A stretch of DNA of 63,096 nt from Patescibacteria group bacterium. Its GTDB lineage: Bacteria; Patescibacteriota; Minisyncoccia; Phycocordibacterales; Phycocordibacteraceae. Below the pieces are notes generated by a model. That model was not told the origin of the DNA. It did not search any database and saw only the letters and a program-made list of their open reading frames with translations. Of the stretch, positions 56,176 through 63,096 are shown one piece after another. A program made the translations under genes and the position numbers. Where the stretch lies: assembly GCA_018826905.1 (NCBI GenBank), contig JAHJYC010000001.1, forward strand, positions 1-63,096, given 5' to 3'. The first letter of the stretch is position 1; each line of letters starts with the position of its first letter.

Positions 56176-56670
56176 ATGGCAATAACCAAAGCAAAGAAAG
56201 AGGAAGTAGTCGCTAAAGTTGCTGACTCAATCAAGAACGCTGCGTCAGTGGTCTTTGTGCGCTTCCGCGGTCTTACCGTGGCAGACACAAGCGCTATGCG
56301 CCGTTCGTTGAGAGAGCAGGGCATTGGCTACTACGTCGCTAAGAAGTCTCTTATGCGCCGCGCATTTGCGGACAAGGGATACACAGGAACACTCCCTGAG
56401 CTTCCTGGAGAAATAGCGATTGCATGGAGCGAAGGCGATTCAACCGCCCCAGCTCGCGAGATCTACGAGCACGGCAAGAAGCACAAAGACTCACTCACTA
56501 TTGTGGGAGGAATTTTTGACGGCGCTTTTGCTGACGCAGTAGCAATGAACGCTATTGCTACCATTCCGCCAGTACCTGTACTACGCGGTATGTTCGTAAA
56601 CGTAATCAACAGCCCAATCCAAGGACTTGTTATTGCGCTTGATCAGATTCGTGAGAAGAAGGCGGCATAA
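56176..56670 (+). CDS. rplJ: 50S ribosomal protein L10
   Basis: MAITKAKKEEVVAKV...VFVRFRGLTVADTSAMRRSLRE. The longer ORF from 56002 is non-protein-like. Confidence 0.95.
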   Translation: MAITKAKKEEVVAKVADSIKNAASVVFVRFRGLTVADTSAMRRSLREQGIGYYVAKKSLMRRAFADKGYTGTLPELPGEIAIAWSEGDSTAPAREIYEHGKKHKDSLTIVGGIFDGAFADAVAMNAIATIPPVPVLRGMFVNVINSPIQGLVIALDQIREKKAA

Positions 56671-56697
56671 GCCAATTACTAAAACTAGATTCATACT

Positions 56698-57183
56698 ATG
56701 GCAGACGAAACACAGCAGGACGCAGTAGAAGAGACTGCCGCTCCCGTAGAAGAGACCAAGGAAGAGGCGGCACCCGCAGCTCCTGAGGTATCTGAGGAAG
56801 CAGCAGTAGAAGTTCCTGAGAAGTTCAAGAAGATTGTCTCTGAAATTGAGGAGATGAGCGTTTTGGAACTCTCTGAGCTCGTAAAGGTATTTGAGAAGAA
56901 GTTTGGCGTTTCAGCAGCAGCAGTTGCTGTAGCTGGACCTGCAGCAGCAGGTGCAGGAGCTGACGACGCAAAGAGCACAATGGATGTTGAGCTCACCGAC
57001 GCCGGAGCGAACAAGATCCAGGTGATCAAGGTCGTGAAGGAAGTACTCGGACTTGGCCTCAAGGAGGCTAAGGACCTTGTGGACGGAGTTCCTTCAATGT
57101 TGAAGGAAGGACTTGGCAAGGACGATGCTGATGCCCTTAAGGCAAAGGTTGAAGAGGCAGGAGGAAAGGTTACTTTTAAGTAA
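56698..57183 (+). CDS. rplL: 50S ribosomal protein L7/L12 with acidic N-terminal extension
   Basis: Core [26 protein letters not shown]...[19 protein letters not shown], preceded by about 40 acidic residues. Confidence 0.95.
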   Translation: MADETQQDAVEETAAPVEETKEEAAPAAPEVSEEAAVEVPEKFKKIVSEIEEMSVLELSELVKVFEKKFGVSAAAVAVAGPAAAGAGADDAKSTMDVELTDAGANKIQVIKVVKEVLGLGLKEAKDLVDGVPSMLKEGLGKDDADALKAKVEEAGGKVTFK

Positions 57184-57201
57184 TCATTCTTTCGTTAAAA
57201 G

Positions 57202-57227
57202 AAAAGGCGCTTACGGGCGCCTTTTCT
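57202..57227 (+). terminator. Intrinsic terminator after rplL
   Basis: AAAGGCGC-ttacgg-GCGCCTTT followed by TC. Confidence 0.8.
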
Positions 57228-57284
57228 TTATATATAGAAAGGGCCCGTTCCCGAAGAAACGGACCCCAAGATGCTTGTGTGGGT

Positions 57285-57590
57285 TCAGCCGCGGTTGACC
57301 ACGTGCGTTTCGGTGCGCGTGATCAGATCGTTCGGCTTGCTGCTCGTGCAGCTCTCGTAGGCGGCAGTGAACAGGATGCTGTCGTCATGGGCCGGCTTCT
57401 TGAAGCTGAGCCGACGGGTCGGAGATCCGTCCGCTTCTTCGGCCAGGCGCACCCGCAGGTGGCAGGCGCCGACGGTGAGAATGGGCTGATCGACCACGAC
57501 GTAGTTGACCACCACCCGCTCACGCACCGGGCCATTGCCGCACCCTGCCAGAACGATAGCTCCAGCGGCAAGCAACAAGAACTTTTGCAT
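57285..57590 (-). CDS. GC-rich foreign-looking ORF encoding a small lipoprotein
   Basis: MQKFLLLAAGAIVLAGC: signal peptide plus lipobox LAGC. The GC jump is confined to the ORF. SD GAGGGAG lies 7 nt upstream. Confidence 0.6.
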   Translation of the reverse strand: MQKFLLLAAGAIVLAGCGNGPVRERVVVNYVVVDQPILTVGACHLRVRLAEEADGSPTRRLSFKKPAHDDSILFTAAYESCTSSKPNDLITRTETHVVNRG

Positions 57591-57617
57591 TGATTTTCTC
57601 CCTCAGAATGCCTATTT

Positions 57618-57646
57618 AGTTTAGGACATATATGCAATAAAGTCAA
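57618..57646 (-). promoter_or_regulatory. Sigma70-like promoter for the GC-rich lipoprotein gene (TTGACT-17-TAAACT)
   Basis: On the minus strand: TTGACT (57646-57641), 17-nt spacer, TAAACT (57623-57618). Confidence 0.5.
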
Positions 57647-57712
57647 GCGTTTTTTAGAGAATCTCCAAAGGTTGATAGAAGGGAAGCCAGTAGGTACAAT
57701 GCCTGCACTTCC

Positions 57713-58291
57713 ATGGATCCTCTCGCTCGTCTGTTCGGCACTCCCGCCCGCCTCAAACTCCTCCGTCTCTTTTTGTTTAATGACGACACTGCGTTCTCAG
57801 TTCCTGAAGCACTCTTTCGTGCAAAGGCAGCAAAGGATGTTGGGAAAAAAGAAATAGCTCTATTACTTGCGTGCGGTATTTTGCGCAAGAAACTCGCCAA
57901 GCAGGGAACCACCTATGCAGCAGACAAGCGCTTTGCGCACTATGACGAGCTAAAGACATTTTTGCGTACGACCACTGATGTCAGTGACACCTATCTGCTT
58001 TCTGCACTCAAAAAGGCGGGAAGCCTAAAGCTCGTTACACTCACCGGATTATTTACAGGTGTCATAGAATCAAAGATTGACTTACTCGTAGTAGGGGACA
58101 AGTTGGAAGAGAAGCCTCTCGCCAGTGCCGTGCATGCGCTTGAGGCAGAACTGGGACGAGAATTGCGTTACGCATCCTTCTCAACTGAAGAGTTCAGGTA
58201 CCGCCTCGGGGTCTACGACCGCCTTCTTCGCGATGTATTTGATTATCCAAACCGCACCGTTATAGACAAACTCGGCGTAACTGCTAAATAA
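57713..58291 (+). CDS. Hypothetical protein (possible N-terminal winged-helix)
   Basis: MDPLARLFGTPARLKLLRLFLFN... resembles wHTH proteins. No catalytic motif seen. Confidence 0.6.
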   Translation: MDPLARLFGTPARLKLLRLFLFNDDTAFSVPEALFRAKAAKDVGKKEIALLLACGILRKKLAKQGTTYAADKRFAHYDELKTFLRTTTDVSDTYLLSALKKAGSLKLVTLTGLFTGVIESKIDLLVVGDKLEEKPLASAVHALEAELGRELRYASFSTEEFRYRLGVYDRLLRDVFDYPNRTVIDKLGVTAK

Positions 58292-58382
58292 GCCCTATCC
58301 ACAGACCCCGCCCCGCGGGGTCTCTCGCTTGTTACACTTAAGGTATTAACGGAATAACGCCGAAATTAAGTAAAATAACCCT

Positions 58383-59060
58383 ATGTTCCTCACTACCTGG
58401 GCAGATGTGCTAACGCAGTCCTTTCAGAACCTATCCTACGGACTCGTTGCATTCATCCCGAACCTCATTGTTGCAATTATCATCTTCGTTATTGGCTGGC
58501 TCGTTGGCGCTGGTATCGGACGTTTTGTTGCACAAGCCGTAACGTCACTTCGTGTAGATCAGGCACTTCGTGCTGCTGGAGTTGAGCGAGTCGTTGAGCG
58601 CGCAGGGTTCACCTTGAACGCTGGCGCTTTCCTTGGCTTCCTTGTGAAGTGGTTCTTCATTATCGTTTTCCTCGTCGCATCACTTGATGTGCTTGGACTT
58701 ACTCAGGTAACCGCATTCCTTTCAGGAGTAGTTCTCGGCTACCTTCCACAGGTGATTGTTGCAGTACTCATCTTGCTCGTTGCAGCAGTCATTGCTGAAG
58801 CAACACAGCGTGTAGTTACTGGAGCAGCTCGTGCTGCAAACATTAAGAGCGCAAATCTTCTTGGAGCGATCACTCGTTGGTCTATCTGGATCTTTGCGAT
58901 TCTCGCAGCTCTTGATCGTCTTGGTATCTCACCGCTTGTACAGACACTCTTCACCGGAGTAGTCGTAGCGCTCTCACTTGCGTTTGGTCTTGCGTTTGGT
59001 CTTGGTGGCCAGGCAGCAGCCGCTCGCTACATTGAGCGTGTGCAGAACGAGATCAAATAA
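58383..59060 (+). CDS. Integral membrane protein with repeated conserved-TM-helix modules (MscS-related TM-helix-repeat type)
   Basis: Internal repeats of the type IPNLIVAIIIFVIGWLVG / LPQVIVAVLILLVAAVIA. Confidence 0.6.
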   Translation: MFLTTWADVLTQSFQNLSYGLVAFIPNLIVAIIIFVIGWLVGAGIGRFVAQAVTSLRVDQALRAAGVERVVERAGFTLNAGAFLGFLVKWFFIIVFLVASLDVLGLTQVTAFLSGVVLGYLPQVIVAVLILLVAAVIAEATQRVVTGAARAANIKSANLLGAITRWSIWIFAILAALDRLGISPLVQTLFTGVVVALSLAFGLAFGLGGQAAAARYIERVQNEIK

Positions 59061-59079
59061 CTTCACAAAAGTCTCATCA

Positions 59080-59106
59080 AAAGCCCCGCTAACGAGCGGG
59101 GCTTTT
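59080..59106 (+). terminator. Intrinsic terminator
   Basis: AAAAGCCCCGCT-aacg-AGCGGGGCTTTT. Confidence 0.9.
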
Positions 59107-59114
59107 GTATTGGT

Positions 59115-59143
59115 TTGACAGGATATATACCCCCGCGTATACT
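59115..59143 (+). promoter_or_regulatory. Near-consensus sigma70 promoter (TTGACA-17-TATACT)
   Basis: TTGACA at 59115-59120, 17-nt spacer, TATACT at 59138-59143. Confidence 0.7.
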
Positions 59144-59149
59144 CCTTAT

Positions 59150-59243
59150 TACGTGTTAAACACCAAGAAATTACTGACCAAACGGAGCGGATAGGTCGTA
59201 AGACCAGGCGTGAAAACGTCCCCGCCCCGCATGGGGCTTTTTT
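59150..59243 (+). ncRNA. Candidate ~95-nt small RNA or rRNA-leader attenuator
   Basis: Bounded by the strong promoter above and the hairpin GCCCC-gcat-GGGGC plus T6 (59224-59243). Contains a GGTC-GTAA-GACC tetraloop hairpin. No ORF. Confidence 0.35.
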
Positions 59244-59921
59244 CTTGCACAGAACACGGGCTCGTTGACAGACGAATATGCAAATAGGTAATCAACGCCG
59301 CATGGCGTGACTTTCGTCATGTCATGCGGATTGAATATTGCAGAATCACAAAAATTAGAACAGTGGTGTTCAGGTTTCCGCACAGGAGACAATAAGGGTG
59401 CACGGTGGATGCCTAGGCTTGCGACAGCGATGAAGGACGCGACTAATCAGCGAAATGCTTCGGGGAGACGATTTGTAGTCTTTGATCCGGAGGTGTCCGA
59501 ATGGGGAAACCCGGCCAGCAATGGTCACCCAGCTTTTAAGCTGAGGAGCGAACCCAGGGAAGTGAAACATCTCAGTACCTGGAGGAATAGAAAACAACAA
59601 CGAGTTGCGTTCCGTCTATTCGATGCTTCGAGTAGATGGAACGCGACTCTCGTGATTCCCTAAGTAGCGGCGAGCGAAACGGGAATAGCCCAAACCGGGT
59701 ACTTCGGTATCCGGGGTTGTAGGGCGGAAGCGCCGTATTTATACGGCATAAGTTACAAAAGTTCTACATAGCAGAAGAAGCTGGAAAGCTTCGCCCCAGA
59801 GGGTAATGGCCCCGTATGCGAAATGTAAAACTCTTATGCGCTTCCGTTCCTGAGTAGTTCGAGACACGAATAGCTCGGATGAATCTGCCAGAACTAACTG
59901 GTAAGGCTAAATATGTCGCAG

Positions 59922-59967
<46 letters not shown>

Positions 59968-60539
59968 GAGAGGGGAGTGAAATAGAACTGAAACCGTGTA
60001 CTTACAAAGGGTTAGGGTGGGCTCCGGTCCATCCTAGCGTGCCTATTGAAGAATGAGCCTGCGAGTTTATGTATGTCGCTTCGGCTAAATCCGTTACGGG
60101 ATGGAGCCATAGGGAAACCGAGTGTTAATAGCGCGCCCGTGTCATACATAAGACCCGAAGCCAAGTGAGCTTGCCATGAGCAGGATGAAGTCTGTCGAAA
60201 GACAGATGGAGGTCCGAACCCGTAGATCGTACAACGTCTTGGGATGACTTGTGGTAAGGAGTGAAAAGCTAATCGAACTTGGTAATAGCTGGTTCTCTCC
60301 GAAACATCTTTTGGGATGGCGTCGTGTGTTCCCCTTGGGGGTAGAGCACTGGAAGGGATGAACAGGGAGAAATCTCGTCATTCCTATCAAACTCCGAATA
60401 CCAAGGATTATGAGCGCGGCAGTTAGACGGTGGGGGCGAAGCTCCACACGTCGAAGGGGGAAGAGCCCTTGATCGCCAGTTAAGGTCCCAAAATTTACGC
60501 TAAGTACAACTTAAGGAAGTGAGGATTCTTCGACAATGA

Positions 60540-60571
<32 letters not shown>

Positions 60572-61404
60572 GAAAGCGTAACAGCTCACTCATCGAGAGT
60601 CCTTGCGCCGAAGATAATCGGGGTTAAGCGTAATACCGAAACTGCGGGTGTGCATGTCTTCCGAGACGTGCACGCGGTAGGAGAGCGTTCCGTTCTGCTG
60701 TGAAGCTAAAGGGGTGACCCATAGTGGAGCGTACGGAAGTGAGAATGCAGGCACAAGTAACCACAACGCGGGTGAGAACCCCGCGCGTCGAAAGAACAAG
60801 GTTTCCTCAGCTATGGTGATCAACTGAGGGTTAGTCGGGCCTTAGGGGATGGCGAAAGCCGCACCTGATGGACACAGGGTTAATATTCCCTGACCGATCA
60901 TATGTGCGATGGAGTGACGGATTGCTGTATCTATGGCCCATTATTGGATTTGGGTTAGTGCCGTGAGGAGGTCTGGTAGGCAAATCCGCCAGACATTACT
61001 CCGAGCGGAAAAACAATGTCCTTCCACGGAGGGACAGAGCATAGAGAGCGCGGTTCCAAGAAAAACTTCTAAGCTTCAGCATATGACGACCGTACCGCAA
61101 ACCGACACAGGTGTTCAGGTCGAGTAGACTAAGACGAACGAGTTAGAGGTCCTCAAGGAACTCGGCAAAAAAGCGGCCGTAAGTTAGCGATAAGGCCTGC
61201 TCTGGGCAACCAGAGCCGCAGCGAAAGATTTTCTGCCAACTGTTTATCAAAAACACAGCTCCCTGCGAACTCGTAAGAGGATGTATAGGGGGTGACGCCT
61301 GACCAATGCCGGAAGGTCAAGCGCGGGAGGTACATTGATTTATTGATGTGCTGGACCGTATAAGCCCCGGTGAATGTCGGCGATAACTATAATCGTCCTA
61401 AGGT

Positions 61405-61601
61405 TCTGCGTATGAGCAATCGTACGCAGAACGGATTGGGGCGGTTATAGGAGACCGTAAACAGTGTTGAGAGACTTGCGTCATTAAAAGCTACCTCTTC
61501 AAACCGAAAGGTTTGTTGGATCCACGACTCAAATGAGAGGCCATACGTCGTGCCCCCAAGCAATTGGGGTGAAGATATGGTCCTGCTTGAAGGAATAGTA
61601 G
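61405..61601 (+). mobile_element. ORF-less group I intron in 23S rRNA (about E. coli position 1931)
   Basis: The exon junction restores CCTAAGGT|AGCGTAATTCCTTGTC. The 5' exon ends in U and the intron ends in G. R-like element ACGACTCAAATG; S-like element GAAGATATGGTCC; P8-like hairpin CCCCAA-gcaa-TTGGGG. Confidence 0.8.
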
Positions 61602-62262
61602 AGCGTAATTCCTTGTCTGGTAAGTTCAGACGTGCACGAATGGCGTAATGAGTGGAAAACTGTCTCGAGGACTTGCTCGGTGAAAATGCAATACCGGTGA
61701 AGATGCCGGTTACCTGTAGTTAGACGAAAAGACCCCAGGAGCTTTACTACAGCTTGGTATTGGGGCTGCGTGATATATGCGTAGCATAGGTGGGAGACTT
61801 TGAAGCATACCTTTCGGGGTGTGTGGAGTCGCCAGTGAAATACCACTCTTATATTGTGCAGTCTCTAACCCGCGTAAGAACTACGTGGGAACAGTGCCTG
61901 GCGGGTAGTTTTGGTGGGGCGCTATCCTCCTAAAAAGTAACGGAGGAGTCTATTAAGGTTGGCTAGGCGCGAATGGAAACCGTGCCGATAGTGTAATGGC
62001 ACAAGCCAGCTTAACTGTAAGGGGTACATCCCGCACAGATGCGAAAGCAGAGCATAGTGAACCGATGGTACGCCTTAGATGCGGCCAGAGATTAACGGAT
62101 AAAAGTTACCCTGGGGATAACAGGCTAGTTCCGCCCAAGCGTCCATAGCGACGGCGGAGTTCGGCACCTCGATGTCGGCTCACCTTAGCGCGGGGCTGGA
62201 GAAGGTCCCAAGCGTATGGCTGTTCGCCATTTAAAAAGGTACGCGAGCTGGGTTCAAACCGT

Positions 62263-62567
62263 GAGGGGATTGAATAGCAATATTTGATTCTCTCACCGTT
62301 TGAATCCCTTCGAGATTTCTGTTATCAGAACCGATAAAGTGCGATGTGAATGTCTTTTCGTCTTGAAACTAAGATAGAACCAACCATGACACGGCGGTTG
62401 TATGCAGCAATGTATACAAGCAAGCTGACTCATATCGGTGGAACCCTACTCGTAAGAGGGGCAACACCGAGGGAATCCTGAAAGGGAGCCCGTAGAGACT
62501 GAACGTCAGACATCCTTTGGGATGAATTTACAGTCCGATCCTTGGAGTAATCCAAGTAAACGAAATG
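62263..62567 (+). mobile_element. ORF-less group I intron in 23S rRNA (about E. coli position 2593)
   Basis: The exon junction restores GGGTTCAAACCGT|CGTGAGACAGG. The intron ends in G. R-like element GTAGAGACTGAACG; S-like element TTTACAGTCCGATCC; GNRA hairpin CTTGGA-gtaa-TCCAAG. Confidence 0.8.
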
Positions 62568-62951
62568 CGTGAGACAGGTTGGTCTCCTATCTACTACAGG
62601 CGTTGATTCTTGAGGAGACTTGCCCCTAGTACGAGAGGACCGGGGTGAACTGACCTCTGGTCTACGAGCTGTCACGCCAGTGGCATCGCTCGGTAGCTAT
62701 GTCGGGAACTGATAACTGCTGAAAGCATATAAGCGGGAAGCAAACTCCAAGATTAGGAATCGTTATGAGGCTCCTAGAAGATTACTAGGTTGATAGGCTT
62801 TAGATGGAAGCGCAGTGATGCGTTGAGTCGAGAAGTACTAATATGCCCAGACTTCTGTGCGGAATTCTGTATGTCACGTCTAATGATGTGATCTGTAACA
62901 AAAACCTATTTGCATATTCGTCCGTCCATGAGGACGGAAACGTGCGCATGA

Positions 62952-63059
62952 TGCTGGTGATTTATCGGAAGGGCCACACCCGTTCTCATTCCGAACACGG
63001 CAGTTAAGCCTTCTTGAGCCGATGGTACTCGCAAGGGGAGAGTAGGTTGTCGCCAGCAT
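62952..63059 (+). rRNA. rrf: 5S rRNA
   Basis: TGCTGGTGA...CCGAACACGG...GATGGTACT...GAGAGTAGG...CGCCAGCAT. The terminal helix extends into the flanks (62944-63066). Confidence 0.9.
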
Positions 63060-63096
63060 CATGCGCGTGTTTCTTTTACAATTCAAAAGCCGCCCC

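Noticed and set aside
57279-57593. Plus-strand 104-aa ORF (and similar mirror ORFs 24958-25302 minus, 25071-25274 plus, 32030-32224 minus)
   Set aside because: These are stop-free antisense frames typical of GC-rich DNA. The opposite-strand ORFs have proper starts, SDs, signal peptides or motifs, and terminators.
59150-59243. Small SRP (4.5S) RNA
   Set aside because: It has a GNRA hairpin (GGTC-GTAA-GACC) but lacks the conserved GGAAGCAGC-type 3' strand and the symmetric/asymmetric loop pattern.

Overview
This window looks like a gene-dense, streamlined bacterial chromosome segment. My inference is that it comes from a Candidate Phyla Radiation (Patescibacteria, Parcubacteria-like) genome. 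Most of it is housekeeping. It holds ribosomal proteins S20, L19, L11, S6, S18, L10 and L7/L12, plus secE-nusG. It holds four aminoacyl-tRNA synthetases (argS, ileS, glyQS, metG) and replication/repair genes (polA, ruvA, ruvX, recO, recA, ssb, ftsK). It also holds a compact thymidylate-cycle cluster (folA-dcd-thyA / tmk-glyA), scattered type IV pilus genes (pilB, pilM-N-O-like, a pilin), a Fur/ZIP/YibE-F metal cluster, eight dispersed tRNAs, and a 23S-5S rRNA unit with no adjacent 16S. I saw no CRISPR array, transposase, integrase or recognisable defence system.

The observations most worth follow-up are these:
1. The IleRS gene carries an in-frame insertion of about 200 aa that looks like a histidine-phosphatase (PGAM-like, RHGE...THG) domain inside the catalytic core.
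2. Three short single-gene islands are much more GC-rich than their surroundings, and the GC shift matches the ORF boundaries. Each has its own promoter-like signal, terminator and canonical Shine-Dalgarno. The native genes around them largely lack an SD.
3. Two ORF-less group I introns interrupt the 23S rRNA at universally conserved sites (about E. coli positions 1931 and 2593 by my hand alignment).
4. Two tandem paralogous, extremely acidic surface proteins carry peptidoglycan-binding domains and sit behind a 560-nt structured leader.
5. rplK is not followed by rplA, and the L11/L10 cluster is split by about 31 kb.
6. There are two unassigned candidate RNAs, at 1-185 and at about 59150-59243.

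All calls come from reading the sequence and the supplied translations. No database search was run.
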